Positions 16,927 to 29,453 are shown, counted from the stretch's first letter. The stretch is 64,000 bases of DNA from an uncultured Gemmatimonadales bacterium (GCA_963795085.1 CAWCFX010000001.1:864001-928000); one strand, 5' to 3'. A program made the numbers and translations. Notes: generated by a model from the sequence alone, not told the origin.

Positions 16927-18261
16927 ATGACACTTTCCTTTCTCCTGCTCGCCGCCGGCGCCCTCCTCACCACCGGCCGCTCCCAGCGCCTCGGCCTCGC
17001 CGGCCTGGTGCCCCTCGGGCTCGGCATCGCCGCGACCCGGGTCCGGCTCGGCACCGACGACGCCAGCCTCGCCCTCCGCGCCGCCGAACGGGGAGCGCCG
17101 CTCCCCTTCCTCCAGGTCAATACCGGGCTCATCCTCCTCGGGCTGGCCCTGCTGCTCTGGGCCGCCCTGGCTCCCCTGTTCCCGGGACGCCGCCCACCCG
17201 CGGCCATTGAAAGCCGGGAGGAGAACTCCGGCCTGTTCCGATGGCTCGCCGCTCTCCTGGCCGCCGCCGGGACCGCCCTGATGGTGGCGGCCCATCTCCC
17301 CCTCCTCGCCCTCATCGGCTGGTTTCCCAGCGTCCTCGGCGGGCTCGCGGTCGGGGCGGGAGCGATGGTCCTGTTTCAGGCCGGCCGCTTCGCCCGCCTG
17401 GGGTCGGCGGTGCGCTGGCTGGATACCCGCCTGCTCGAGCGCTACCCGCCGCCGCTGCTTCCGCTTCTTTCCACCACCTTCGACCTGGTGTGGGTCGGCG
17501 GCTTCTACGTCGCTGGGGCCGTGATGGTCGTGGCGCCTTCGCTCCGGGGGTTCGCCCTGGCCGCCGTCGTCGCCGGCACGGTGAGCCACGTCCTGATGCG
17601 CCGAGCCGGGAGCGGCAGCCCCATCCCGGTGAGCGCGCTGTTGCTGCTCCTGCTGGTCCCCGTGCACGGCCACCTGGTGTCCATCGCCGGCGTCGCCGCC
17701 CCGGCCATCCCGGCGCTCTCCTCCGGCCCGTTCAGCATCGCGCTGGAAAACCAGGTGGTGCCCTGGATCGGGATCGCCGTCCTGGGTCTCGCCGCGATGT
17801 GGCCGCTGCACGGAATGATTCTCCCGCTGGCGGCCCCGCTGGCCGGCATCCTGCTGCTCCGGCTGGGAGGCGCGTTTCCCAACGGCATGGCGCACTGGGC
17901 TCCCCTCTTCATGCCGCTGGCGCTGCTCGGCGTCTGGCATGCCGCCGCGCGCCCCGCCCACCCTTCCGCGCACCCCCGCCGCCTGATCGAAGCCCTGGCC
18001 GGACTCTCCCTCATCGGGATCTTCGCCGGCGGCGAGGGCATTCACGGCGCCTGGTGGCTGCTCGGTGCGGCGGCGCTGGTCCCCTGGCTCTGGCGGGGCG
18101 GCCGCCTCGTCGCGCACCCCGCCGCCCGGCTGGTCTGGCTGCCGGTCGCCTGGGGCGCGCTGCTGGTGGTGGCGGGAGGCCTGGCGGCCCAGGTGACCTA
18201 TACCGTCATCGCCGCGGGAGGCATCGCGGCCGCACTCTGGGTGTATCACACTCCCGAATGA
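16927..18261 (+). CDS. Polytopic membrane protein, unknown function
   Basis: About 12 hydrophobic segments; WPLHG weakly recalls the proton-conducting transporter family. Confidence 0.6.
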   Translation: MTLSFLLLAAGALLTTGRSQRLGLAGLVPLGLGIAATRVRLGTDDASLALRAAERGAPLPFLQVNTGLILLGLALLLWAALAPLFPGRRPPAAIESREENSGLFRWLAALLAAAGTALMVAAHLPLLALIGWFPSVLGGLAVGAGAMVLFQAGRFARLGSAVRWLDTRLLERYPPPLLPLLSTTFDLVWVGGFYVAGAVMVVAPSLRGFALAAVVAGTVSHVLMRRAGSGSPIPVSALLLLLLVPVHGHLVSIAGVAAPAIPALSSGPFSIALENQVVPWIGIAVLGLAAMWPLHGMILPLAAPLAGILLLRLGGAFPNGMAHWAPLFMPLALLGVWHAAARPAHPSAHPRRLIEALAGLSLIGIFAGGEGIHGAWWLLGAAALVPWLWRGGRLVAHPAARLVWLPVAWGALLVVAGGLAAQVTYTVIAAGGIAAALWVYHTPE

Positions 18262-18322
18262 GTGCTGTATATTGCCCCACCTGAGTCCTGTCGGTCCTTC
18301 TTCGCTTCTTCGAGGAGCCAGT

Positions 18323-18930
<608 letters not shown>

Positions 18931-18934
<4 letters not shown>

Positions 18935-19392
18935 GCATTCTTCCCCCGGTTGGCGAGCCCGCCCCCGACTTCACCCTGCCGTCCACCGCGGGCGGCACGG
19001 TGACCCTGTCGGCCCTGCGCGGCTCCAACGTCCTGCTCGCGTTCTTCCCCTCGGCCTTCAGCAGCGTCTGCACCGCCGAGATGGGTGCCTTCTCGGACGA
19101 CTTTGACCAGTTCCGGGGTTTCGACACCGTCGTCCTGCCGATCAGCGTTGACCACGTGGATTCGCTCCAGGCATTCAGGGAGAAGGAGGGCATCCGGGTG
19201 GACCTGCTCAGCGATTTCAAGCGCGAGGTCTCCCGCCGCTACGGTACGCTCATCGAGGAGGCCTTCCTCTCCAACCGCGCCTACGTGCTGGTTGACCGCC
19301 AGGGCATCATCCGGTGGGCGTTCGCGGAGCCGAACCCCGGGAGCCGCCGTGAGAACGCGGAACTCACCGGGCAGATCCGGAAACTCCCCTAG
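18931..19392 (+). CDS. Peroxiredoxin (AhpE/BCP-like); start codon non-canonical or uncertain
   Basis: [20 protein letters not shown] (PxxxS/TxxC), [19 protein letters not shown]. Confidence 0.85.
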
Positions 19393-19477
19393 CCTTGGCC
19401 ACCACGTCCCCCGAGCTCATCGCGCGTACCGATCGGTACCCGGGCTCGGGGGACGCTCGCGTCCCGCCGGTCCACCG

Positions 19478-22081
19478 GTGAGACGGGTGCTGCTCGGGTG
19501 CACCACCCCGGACCGCGACGCGGCCTGGGAATGCCTGGGCACGATCCCGGATATCTCTCCCGAAATGCTGGACGCCGGCTCGCTGGCTGTGGACCCGCCG
19601 GACGTGCTGTGGCTGCACGGGCCGGGGGCCCCGCTCGACGGGGTGCGGGAATGGCTGGAGCGGGGCGGCCGGATGCTCGCCACCCTGGAAGCCGCCGCGG
19701 TGCCGGCGCGCCTGGGACTGGAGCGGGTGTCTCCCGATGAACGCATCCGGGGAACCTGGCAGGAGAAGGACGCGGTGCGCGGGCTGGCGGCCTTCGGCGC
19801 CCATCCGCTCTTCGCCGGGATGGGACAGGGCGCCTTCACCTGGGCGCCCGCCGTGGGCGAGACCTTCTCCTGGCTGGTCTATCGCAGCACCCGCCCCAAC
19901 TCCGCTGCCGTCATCGCGGTCGAGCGCCATTCGCGGGAGTTGAACCCGGAGCGGGTCGTCGCCTGGGAGTACCAGGTCGGGGACGGCGGCATCCTCTGTA
20001 TCGGCGCCTTCGTGCACCCCGGCGCATCCAGCCGGCGCTTCTCCCGCCACCTCGCCGCCCTGCTGGCCAACGCCATCGCCGGCGATGCCATCCCCCATCG
20101 CGACCGGGCGGTGCCGGTCGCCACCTGGCCGGAGCCGGGCCGCTACGCGCAGCGGAATACCGCCGTGCCGGTGCCGGAGATCTCCCCCCTCGAAGGCCCC
20201 TGGATTCCCTCCAGCTCGGACCTGGTGCTCGAAGGCGACTACGATGGCCCCCGTCCCTGGACGCTGGCCGGCCGGCGCATGCTGCTCACCGGCACTGAAG
20301 AAACCGGACTGGTCGAGGCCTGGTCTCATCCCTTCCGGCTGATGCACCAGGTGGACCTGCAGATAAACGGGACGGCGCCGGTTCCCCAGTCGGTCCGGGT
20401 GGCCCCGGACCAGGTTTCCCGGACATTCAGGGCCGGCGCGCTGTCCGGCGAGGAACGCTGGACCACCGGGCTGGAACGGCCGGTGCTGATCTGGGAAATC
20501 GAATCGAGTCCCATGGCCGCCATCCGGGCGGCATGGTCGGTGGACCTGCGGCGGATGTGGCCCTATCCCGATGGTGCCTGCGGCGACCTGCGCTGGAACC
20601 TGAGCGAGGATGGGACGAGGCTCTGGATCGGCGCGGCCGGTGCCTCGCTGCAGATCGTGTTTCTGGTGCAGGGCGGCCGGCTGCTCCCGCCGGAGGGGAT
20701 CGCCAGCGCGGCGCCCCGCGTGGAGGTGCGGGTGGCGGGGCAGGGGTCGCTCCGGATCGTGGCGGTCGCCGGAGTGGACAGCGACGATCTCGCGGCCAGC
20801 GTTCGCGCGGTCGCCCGGAAACAATTCGATGGACTCCAGCGCCAGCGGGCCCAGCATGCCGAGCAGGTTCGGGCCTACGGGGTGGCGATCGAAACCCCGG
20901 ACCCCGACCTGGCCCGGGCGTTCGAATGGGCCAAGGTGCGGACCGACAGTTTCGTGGCCGACACGCCGGGGCTGGGCCGCTCGCTGCTCGCGGGGTATGC
21001 TGCGTCCCGTCCCGGCGAAGGCGATGGGCGCCCGGGGCTGGCCTGGTATTTCGGGCCCGACGCCTGCCGGACCGCCCTGGCCCAGCTGGCCGCCGGCCAG
21101 CGGGAGCCGGTGCGCGACGTGATCCGCTTTCTTTCCCGCCACCAGGACGTGACCGGCCAGGTGCTGTCCCAGTACTCCACCAGCGGGCTGGCGCAGTTCG
21201 ACGATGCCGAGAGCACGCCGCTCTACCTGCTTCTGGTGGCCCGCTATGCGGCATGGACCGGCGACCTGGATTTTCTCGGGAAGCAGTGGGACCGGGTGGA
21301 GCGGGCCTGGCGGTTCTGCCTCGAGGCTGAATGTGACCTGAGCGGGATGGACGAGCTGGCGCCGGTCGCCGATGCGCTGGGCCGGGGTGAAATGGCGGAC
21401 CGCCTCAGGCAGCGCGGTGACGGCAGCGGCCCGGCGCCGGGCCGCGCCCGGCTCGCCTCCATGGCGGGCGCCACCTTCTCCACGCCCTGGGGTGTCCGGA
21501 CCCTCGCGGCGGACGATCCGCGCTTCGACCCCGCGGACGCGTACCACGGCGCGGTCTCGCCCTGGCTCACCGGCCGGGCCAGCCTCGCCGAGTGGCGGGC
21601 CGGGGACTACGCCGCGGCACTGGATCACCTGCTCATCAATGCCCGGATCTACCGCGACCGGCAGCGGGGCGCGTACGACCAGCTGCTCCATGGCCTCGCG
21701 TACCGGGGGGCCGGCGGCTGTCCCGACTCCGCCACTTCCGCGGCGATGGTGATCTCGCCGGTCATCGAGGGGCTGTGGGGCATCGTCCCCAGCGCCCTGG
21801 ATGACGAAGTCGCCATCGCGCCCTGGCTGCCGCCGGACTGGCCCCGGATGAGCCTGCGCCGTCTCCGGGTGGGACGCACCGTGCTGGACCTCGAGGTGCG
21901 CAGGCGCCCGGCCCAGCTGGCGGTGCGCATCGCCCGGAGCTTCGGTCCCGGCATCCTGGTCACCCTATCCCCCCGGCTGGACCGGGAGCCGGAGAGCGTG
22001 GCGGTGGACGACGTGGTGATGGCGGGCGCGAGCGTCCGGTTCCAGGTCCGCGACCGGCATGAGGCGATCTTCACCCTGTGA
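19478..22081 (+). CDS. Amylo-alpha-1,6-glucosidase / glycogen-debranching-like glycoside hydrolase
   Basis: GDGRPGLAWYFGPD, DAESTPLYLLL, TPWGVRTL, YHGAVSPWLTG; catalytic barrel appears shortened. Confidence 0.6.
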   Translation: MRRVLLGCTTPDRDAAWECLGTIPDISPEMLDAGSLAVDPPDVLWLHGPGAPLDGVREWLERGGRMLATLEAAAVPARLGLERVSPDERIRGTWQEKDAVRGLAAFGAHPLFAGMGQGAFTWAPAVGETFSWLVYRSTRPNSAAVIAVERHSRELNPERVVAWEYQVGDGGILCIGAFVHPGASSRRFSRHLAALLANAIAGDAIPHRDRAVPVATWPEPGRYAQRNTAVPVPEISPLEGPWIPSSSDLVLEGDYDGPRPWTLAGRRMLLTGTEETGLVEAWSHPFRLMHQVDLQINGTAPVPQSVRVAPDQVSRTFRAGALSGEERWTTGLERPVLIWEIESSPMAAIRAAWSVDLRRMWPYPDGACGDLRWNLSEDGTRLWIGAAGASLQIVFLVQGGRLLPPEGIASAAPRVEVRVAGQGSLRIVAVAGVDSDDLAASVRAVARKQFDGLQRQRAQHAEQVRAYGVAIETPDPDLARAFEWAKVRTDSFVADTPGLGRSLLAGYAASRPGEGDGRPGLAWYFGPDACRTALAQLAAGQREPVRDVIRFLSRHQDVTGQVLSQYSTSGLAQFDDAESTPLYLLLVARYAAWTGDLDFLGKQWDRVERAWRFCLEAECDLSGMDELAPVADALGRGEMADRLRQRGDGSGPAPGRARLASMAGATFSTPWGVRTLAADDPRFDPADAYHGAVSPWLTGRASLAEWRAGDYAAALDHLLINARIYRDRQRGAYDQLLHGLAYRGAGGCPDSATSAAMVISPVIEGLWGIVPSALDDEVAIAPWLPPDWPRMSLRRLRVGRTVLDLEVRRRPAQLAVRIARSFGPGILVTLSPRLDREPESVAVDDVVMAGASVRFQVRDRHEAIFTL

Positions 22082-22125
22082 ATGGTATATTGGGGTCCAT
22101 CCGCTTCGTTCTTCCCGTGAGGCCC

Positions 22126-22632
22126 ATGCTCTTCACTCGCCTGCTGGCCGCCGGATGCCTCGTGCTGCTTCCGGCCTGTACCCTGGAGGATCATACGCCG
22201 GCCGGCAGCCGGCGGGACGAGGCGCAGATCCGCGAGGTGATCGTCGAGTTCTATCGCGGGATCGCCGCGCAGGACTGGGACCAGGTGCGGGGCTTCTTCG
22301 CGCCGGAGGGGAAGGTGAGCCTTGAGCGCGCGGCGGCCCCGGACACCGCGCCGGTCCTCTCCGTGGTGCCCGCTGACTCGGCGCTGGCTCTCTGGGCCCG
22401 GCTGGCGGAATCCGATTCGGCCACCGGTCCGGGCGAGGCCCGGGTCATTCGCGCCGACCTGCGCCAGGCGGACGGGGTGGCGGCCGTCTGGGTCTCGGTC
22501 CGGCTGGACGCACCCCTCCGCCGCCGGGCCGCCGCGGGCGGCTCCACCGAAACCGAGGAACACCTGGTGCTGCACCGGACCGCCGACGGGTGGCGCATCG
22601 TGCTCCTCGCCCTGCCCTGGACCCACCGATGA
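22126..22632 (+). CDS. NTF2/SnoaL-like lipoprotein
   Basis: Lipobox-like LPAC, EAQIREVIVEFYRGIAAQDWDQV, LVLHRTADGWRIV. Confidence 0.7.
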   Translation: MLFTRLLAAGCLVLLPACTLEDHTPAGSRRDEAQIREVIVEFYRGIAAQDWDQVRGFFAPEGKVSLERAAAPDTAPVLSVVPADSALALWARLAESDSATGPGEARVIRADLRQADGVAAVWVSVRLDAPLRRRAAAGGSTETEEHLVLHRTADGWRIVLLALPWTHR

Positions 22633-24145
22633 CCCCGCCGTCGCCCGCGCCGACCGCCCTCGAGCTGATCGGGACGGTGGCCAAGCTGCTCAAGGCGGGG
22701 AACGCCGCGGACCTCACGGTGTCCGCGGTGGCCGCCGTGCTGCGGGACGGCGTGCGGGCGGACGAGATCGCCATCTGGTTCCGGGAGGCGCACGCCACCA
22801 CCTTCTGCCGGATCGTGGCGGGGGGGAGGAAGGGGAACCGGTCCAGGGCCAGGTCGAGGTACCCGCCCGCAACCCGCTGGCCGACCGCATTCACCTGGTC
22901 CACGAGGGCGAGTGGCTGGGGGTGCTCGACGCCATCCGGCGGGAGCCCCATACCCCGGACGATCTCCAGGTCCTCACCGTCACCGGGGACCTGCTGGCGC
23001 CGTTCCTTGGCACCCTCGAGCTGTCGGAGGACCTCGCCTACGAAGTGGCGATGCGGTCCCATGAAATCGAAGAGCAGCGGCGGTTCACCACCCTGGTCAT
23101 CGACTCCCTGCCGGTGGGGCTCTACGTGGTGGACCGGGGCTACCGGATCCAGATCTGGAACCGGAAGCGGGAGATGGGGACCCAGGGCCTCAAGCGGGAC
23201 GAGGTGGTGGGCCGGCCGGTCTTCGACGTCCTGACCCGGCAGCCGCCCGAGGAGTTGCGGGCCGAGTTCGAGCAGGTCTTCGAGACCGGCGAGATCCAGC
23301 AGATCGAGCTGGAGGTGGGCGAGGGCGACGACCGGCGCAGCTACCGGATCAGCAAGATCCCCATGCGGCTGGACGGCGACGAGATCACCCACGTGATCAC
23401 CATCGGCGAAGACGTCACCCTCTGGCACACCGTGCAGCAGCAGATCCTGCAGAGCGAGAAGCTGGCGGCCATCGGCCAGCTGGCGGCGGGGATCATGCAC
23501 GAGATCAACAACCCGCTGGCGACCATCAGCGCCTGCGTCGCGGCGCTGGAGAACTCGGTCGCGGACGCGGCCGCCCCGGTGCGGGCCGGGGCCCAGGAAT
23601 ACCTGGATATCATCGACAAGGAAGTCCAGCGCTGCACCAACATCGTGGACGGCCTGCTCGATTTCAGCCGGCCCAAGGGCAAGGCCAAACGCAAGATCCG
23701 GATCGGCTCGCTGCTGGAGGATGCCCTCTTCCTCCTCAAGCATCACAAGGGCTTTCGCAAGCTCGAGGTCCGGCTGGAGGTGGATCCCGCCCTGCCCGAT
23801 GTCTTCGCCAACGCCGAGCAGCTGATCCAGGCGTTCATGGCCATCATGCTGAACGCGGTGGACGCGATGGAGGACGGCGGCGAGCTGCAGGTGCGGAACG
23901 CCCGCAATCCGCACCGGGAGGACGAGATCGTCATCGAGTTCCAGGACAGCGGCATGGGCATCCCCCGGGCGGAACTGTCCAAGATCTTCGAGCCGTTCTA
24001 CACCACCAAGCCGCAGGGGCGGGGGACCGGGCTCGGCCTCTCCATCTGCTACGGGATCGTGGAACAGCATGGCGGCCGGCTGGAAGCGGAGAGCCAGCCG
24101 GGGCGGGGGTCCACGTTTCGGATGTTTTTGCCGATCGGGGAATGA
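22629..24145 (+). pseudogene. GAF-PAS sensor histidine kinase, frameshifted at G7 run 22820-22826
   Basis: N-terminus from coupled ATG 22629 is in one frame; PAS, H-box EKLAAIGQLAAGIMHEINNPL and GTGLGL are in another. One extra G restores VAGGEEGEPVQ. Confidence 0.8.
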
Positions 24146-24300
24146 CGTGCGGCGTGCGGTGTGCGGCGTGCAGCGTGCAGCGTGCAGCGTGCAGCGTGAA
24201 GCGTGCAGCGTGCAGCGTGCAGCGTGAAGCGTGCGGCGTGCAGCGTGCGTGAAGCGTGCAGCGTGAGGCGTGCAGCGTGAGTGCGGTGCAGAGTGCAGAG
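24146..24300. repeat. 7-bp tandem repeat GCGTG(C/A)A
   Basis: About 20 imperfect units directly after the kinase stop. Confidence 0.9.
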
Positions 24301-24332
24301 GAATTCCTGATCCCTTTAAATGGGCCCGTGCC

Positions 24333-25001
<669 letters not shown>

Positions 25002-25007
<6 letters not shown>

Positions 25008-25180
25008 GGGAATTGAGGGAATTGAGGGAATTGAGGGAATTGAGGGAATTGAGGGAATGAGTGATGAGGGAATTGATGGAATTGATGGAATTGAGGGAAA
25101 TGAGGGAATTGATGGAATTGACGGAATTGAAGGAATTGATCAATTACAAATTCCCTCAATTCCCTCAATTCCCTCAATTA
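25002..25180. repeat. 9-bp tandem repeat GAGGGAATT followed by inverted AATTCCCTC copies
   Basis: About 14 forward units to 25140, then 3 inverted units at 25149-25178 (can fold back). Confidence 0.9.
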
Positions 25181-25182
25181 CC

Positions 25183-26703
25183 ATGACTACTATCCGCGGC
25201 CGTCTCACCGTCTGGTACACGGTGGCCATGATGGTGGTCCTGCTCGGTTTCGGGGCCGCCATCGTGATCGAGCGGCGGCATCCCAGCTATCCGGAGCTGG
25301 ACGACCGGCTGTCGCTGGAGGCGGACTTTGCCGGCGGCTGGCTGCTGGAGCAGGCCCGGGTGCTGGGCGGCGATATCACCGTCATGGACTCGGTGCCGGA
25401 CCGGCGGGGTCTCTGGGTCCGGCGGCTGACGCTCACTGCTGACGTCAGCAGCTACCTGGAAGCGATGCGGGACCCGCTGATCGTGACCGACTCGGCCGGC
25501 AACCTGGTCTATGCCTCGCAGGAGGCTCGCCGCCTCCGCTATGAATCGCTGGAGGCCCTCCGCGTCCTCTTGAGCCCCCGGCCCGAGGCCCGGGTCGCCG
25601 GCCTTGCCGCGCTGGGCGACCCCGAGGGGGAGTACCGCTACCTCGCCGCGCCGATTGCCGCGCCCGGCTCCGGGATCGGGTCCCTGCTCATCGCGACGCC
25701 GACCCAGACCGTTTCCATCGAGCCGCGCCAGCTGATCCGCTCCATGCTGGTCGTCGCGCCCATCATTCTCCTGGGTTCCGTGGGCGTGGGGTACTGGCTG
25801 GCCGGGCGGGCGCTCCGCCCGGTCCAGGACATGATGGACGAGCTGGAGGCGATCCAGGACGGCCGCAGTCTGCACCGCCGGCTGATGGTGCCCCGGTCCG
25901 GCGACGAGCTGGCCCGCCTGGCCATGAAGGTGAACGGGATGATCGCCCGGCTGGAGCAGAGCTTCTCGGGGCTGCGGCGGTTCACCGCCGACGCGAGCCA
26001 CGAGCTCAAGACGCCGCTGATGGTGATCCGGGCCGGGGTGGAGCGGGCCCTCACCAATCCGAAGGCGCCCCCGGACAGCATCGAGATGCTGGACGATACC
26101 CTCAACCAGATCAACCTGATGAGCGAGCTGGTGGAGACGCTGCTCACCCTCGCCCGGGCCGATGAAGGCCGGGCCACGCTCGCGGTGGAGCAGCACGATG
26201 TCCGCGGCCTGGTGGGCGAGGCGGTCGAGACGGCCGGCATGCTGGGGGAGGCCGCCGACATCACGGTGCGGGCGGCGCTCCCCGAAGGGCCGGTGATCCT
26301 GCCGGTGGATGCGGGCCGCATCCGCCAGCTGCTCCTCAACCTCGTCACCAACGCGATCAAGTACACGCCGCCCGGCGGCTCGGTGTCCCTGGAACTGGCC
26401 GACACCGGCAGCCTCATCACCATCTCGGTCAGCGATACCGGCATCGGCATCGCCCCCGGCGACCTGCCCCACGTCTTCGACCGGTTCTGGAGAGCCGACC
26501 TGGCCCGCACCCGGACCGGCGACCGCCCGGGGTACGGCCTCGGCCTCGCCATCTCCCGGTGGATCGCCGAAGCGCATGGCGGCACGATCGTGGTGCAGAG
26601 CCGGCCCGGCCGGGGCAGCCTGTTCACCGTCACCCTCCCGCGGGGCACCCCGCCCGCCAGCGGCACTTCCGGAGACGCTCACCCGCCCGTTACCGATCTG
26701 TAA
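25183..26703 (+). CDS. HAMP sensor histidine kinase
   Basis: Two TMs, FTADASHELKTPL, LNLVTNAIKYT, DTGIGI, GYGLGLAI. Confidence 0.93.
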   Translation: MTTIRGRLTVWYTVAMMVVLLGFGAAIVIERRHPSYPELDDRLSLEADFAGGWLLEQARVLGGDITVMDSVPDRRGLWVRRLTLTADVSSYLEAMRDPLIVTDSAGNLVYASQEARRLRYESLEALRVLLSPRPEARVAGLAALGDPEGEYRYLAAPIAAPGSGIGSLLIATPTQTVSIEPRQLIRSMLVVAPIILLGSVGVGYWLAGRALRPVQDMMDELEAIQDGRSLHRRLMVPRSGDELARLAMKVNGMIARLEQSFSGLRRFTADASHELKTPLMVIRAGVERALTNPKAPPDSIEMLDDTLNQINLMSELVETLLTLARADEGRATLAVEQHDVRGLVGEAVETAGMLGEAADITVRAALPEGPVILPVDAGRIRQLLLNLVTNAIKYTPPGGSVSLELADTGSLITISVSDTGIGIAPGDLPHVFDRFWRADLARTRTGDRPGYGLGLAISRWIAEAHGGTIVVQSRPGRGSLFTVTLPRGTPPASGTSGDAHPPVTDL

Positions 26704-26769
26704 CCATTTGCCCGCGGGCCGGTTCATCCGCCGGGCATCTCTTATATCAACGACCTCACGGAGCGGATC

Positions 26770-27444
26770 ATGTTCGAGTCGTTGATGCAGCAGGCCCGGC
26801 CCCGGCGCCGGGTGGGGGCCCAGGCGGTATCCGTCGCCCTGCATGCGGGGGTGCTGTTTCTGCTGGTCCGGCCGTCTCCCGTTGGAAGAACTCTCGATCG
26901 CGGGGACCCCGTGTACCAGCCGCTGGTGACCTACGACCACGCCGCGGGGAGGACGCCGGCTCAGGTTGAAGGCAGTGACGGCGAGGTGATTCCCAGTCCG
27001 GTCTGCGATTGCCCGGTGTCGGCACCGGGTCCGCTGAGGGTGGACCTGCCCGGCCTGCCCGGGCCGCTGGCGCCGGGGATCCCGACACCCGGAGGAGTTC
27101 CTGGCATCGAGCCGATCCCGACATCGCCGGCTGGCGAGCCCGGGGTGTACCGGGTCCAGGATCTATCGGAAGGGCCAGCGGCGCTGCATGTTCCCCCGCC
27201 CGCGTACCCCCCGGCGCTCCGGGCCGCCGGCCTGGAAGGCACCGTGGTGGTGACCTACGTCGTCGGAGTCGATGGCAGGGTCGAGGCGGGCAGCCTATCA
27301 ATAGAGTCGGCCGGCCATGCGCTCTTTGGAACGGCCGTGGAGGCCGCGCTGATGGAGGCGCGGTTCCGGCCGGGCCGGCTTCGGGGAACCCCGGTCAGGT
27401 CGCTGGTGCGCCAGGTCATACGGTTTTCGCTAATGCCGCTGTAA
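26770..27444 (+). CDS. TonB family protein
   Basis: SVALHAG TM, Pro-rich linker, YPPALRAAGLEGTVVVTYVVGVDGRV. Confidence 0.85.
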   Translation: MFESLMQQARPRRRVGAQAVSVALHAGVLFLLVRPSPVGRTLDRGDPVYQPLVTYDHAAGRTPAQVEGSDGEVIPSPVCDCPVSAPGPLRVDLPGLPGPLAPGIPTPGGVPGIEPIPTSPAGEPGVYRVQDLSEGPAALHVPPPAYPPALRAAGLEGTVVVTYVVGVDGRVEAGSLSIESAGHALFGTAVEAALMEARFRPGRLRGTPVRSLVRQVIRFSLMPL

Positions 27445-27529
27445 TGGAATTGTCATCTTTGGCTAGTGGACGGGAAATCGTCGGGGTGTACCTTACGGTT
27501 CCACTCTCTCTGGAAGCATGGGAGGCGCT

Positions 27530-28231
27530 GTGTTCGATACCCTGATTGAATCCAAACCGAAGAAGCAGCGAACGGCGGGACAGACCGTCTTCTCGGTCAT
27601 CATCCACGGGTTGCTCATCGTGGGGGCCCTCAAGGTCACCCAGGGGGCCGCCGAGCGGGTGGAGGAGATGTTGTCGGACACCACCATGGTGTTCCTGACT
27701 CCGCCGGAGGCCACGCCGCCGCCGCCGGAGGTGCCGCCGGAGGATGTCGTGGTCAGCGCCAATCCCCCGCCCAAGGGGTTCCAGACCATCGTCGCGCCCC
27801 AGGAAATCCCGACCGAGATACCGCCGGTCAACCTGAACGAGCGGGCGCTGGATCCCCGGGACTTCACCGGGAAGGGCATTGAAGGCGGCATCGCGGCGGG
27901 CGTGGTGGGCGGTACCGGTCCGGTCGAGATCGGGCAGACCTTCCTCGAGGCCCAGGTGGACGATCCGCCGCTGATGATCCAGCCGGGTCCCCAGGTCTTT
28001 CCCCCGGCCATGAAGACGGCCGGCATCCCCGGCAAGGTCACCATGCAGTACATCGTGGACGTGACCGGCCACGTGGAGGCGAGTTCCTTCAAGGTCCTGG
28101 CGACCACCCACCAGGCGTTCGTCGAGCCGGCCAAGCAGATGCTGCTCAAGAGCCTGTTCAAGCCGGGCAAGGTGAAAGGCACCCCGGTGCGGGTGCTGGT
28201 CCAGCAAGTCATCAATTTCACGATCCAGTAG
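27530..28231 (+). CDS. tonB: TonB family protein
   Basis: SVIIHG TM, Pro-rich region, FPPAMKTAGIPGKVTMQYIVDVTG...FKPGKVKG. Confidence 0.88.
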   Translation: MFDTLIESKPKKQRTAGQTVFSVIIHGLLIVGALKVTQGAAERVEEMLSDTTMVFLTPPEATPPPPEVPPEDVVVSANPPPKGFQTIVAPQEIPTEIPPVNLNERALDPRDFTGKGIEGGIAAGVVGGTGPVEIGQTFLEAQVDDPPLMIQPGPQVFPPAMKTAGIPGKVTMQYIVDVTGHVEASSFKVLATTHQAFVEPAKQMLLKSLFKPGKVKGTPVRVLVQQVINFTIQ

Positions 28232-28280
28232 TCGGGAGCCTTTCGCTCATCACGCAGGAATCTTTTCTGGAGATTAGACC

Positions 28281-29030
28281 ATGCAATTGGACCTGATGCA
28301 CCTTTGGGCACAGATGGGCTGGTTCGCCAAGGGGGTCGTGTTCACCCTGGGGCTCATGTCGATCTATTCGCTGACGATCGTGTTTACCAAGGCCGTCATG
28401 TTTTCCCGGAGCGCGAAGGCGACCCGGAAGTTCATGCCCGAGTTCTCCCGCGCCATCCAGGAGGAGCAGCTCGAGCAGGCCATCAAGCTGGCCGAAACCC
28501 ACAAGAAGAGCCACGTCGCCCGGGTACTGGGCGAGGCGCTGGCGGAAGTGAAGCCGCTGCTGCGGGACCGGGCCACCATCACCTCGGCCGACATCAACTC
28601 GGCGGAGCGGGCGGTGGAACGGCAGATGCTGCTGGTGCTGAGCGAGCTGCGGCGCGGCCTGTCCGTGCTGGCCACCACCGGCGCCACGGCGCCGTTCGTC
28701 GGCCTGCTGGGCACCACCATGGGCATCGTGAACGCGTTCGTGGGCATGGCGGCGGCCGGTGCGTCCGGCGGTCTCGCCGGTATCTCGGCCGGTATCGCCG
28801 AGGCGCTGATCACCACCGCGTTCGGCCTCATGGTCGCGATCCCGGCGGTGTGGGCCTTCAATTACTTCACCACCAAGCTTGAGTACTTCACGGCGGAGAT
28901 GACCTTCACTTCGAAGGAGCTCATTGATTACCTGATCAAGAGCGTCGGCAGCGAGTTCGGCCGGTCCATCTTCACCAAGGAGTTCCAGGCCCAGAAAAGC
29001 GTGAGCGGCAGTGGCCATATCCACGGGTGA
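28281..29030 (+). CDS. exbB: MotA/TolQ/ExbB proton channel
   Basis: LATTGATAPFVGLLGTTMGIVNAF, GIAEALITTAFGLMVAIPA. Confidence 0.92.
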   Translation: MQLDLMHLWAQMGWFAKGVVFTLGLMSIYSLTIVFTKAVMFSRSAKATRKFMPEFSRAIQEEQLEQAIKLAETHKKSHVARVLGEALAEVKPLLRDRATITSADINSAERAVERQMLLVLSELRRGLSVLATTGATAPFVGLLGTTMGIVNAFVGMAAAGASGGLAGISAGIAEALITTAFGLMVAIPAVWAFNYFTTKLEYFTAEMTFTSKELIDYLIKSVGSEFGRSIFTKEFQAQKSVSGSGHIHG

Positions 29031-29451
29031 CAAAACCGGCGTGACCAGCGAGATCAACGTCACGCCCATGATCGACGTGATGCTGGTGCTGCTGATCATC
29101 TTCATGATCGTGACCCCGCTGATCGCGGCGGGGTTCAAGGCGACGCTGCCCCGGGGCGCCAACCTGGACAAGGACCCCGAAGGCAAGGACGAGGTGGTCC
29201 TGGGGATCGACGCCAGCGGCAACTTCTTCCTCGACGGGCGGTCCATTGACCCGGCGGTGCTCAAGGACCAGCTCACGGCGATCTACGCGACGCGCGACAC
29301 CAACAAGGTCCTGTACTTCAAGGCCGACAACCAGCTCATGTACGGGCGGGTGCAGGAGGCGGTCGAGATGGCCCGGGCCGCCGGCGTTCGTGTCCTTCAC
29401 ACGGTGACGGAGCCGGTCAACTCCGGCCTGTTCCAGACGGAAGAGAACTGA
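29011..29451 (+). CDS. exbD: ExbD/TolR
   Basis: SEINVTPMIDVMLVLLIIFMI. Confidence 0.92.
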   Translation: MAISTGDKTGVTSEINVTPMIDVMLVLLIIFMIVTPLIAAGFKATLPRGANLDKDPEGKDEVVLGIDASGNFFLDGRSIDPAVLKDQLTAIYATRDTNKVLYFKADNQLMYGRVQEAVEMARAAGVRVLHTVTEPVNSGLFQTEEN

Positions 29452-29453
29452 CC

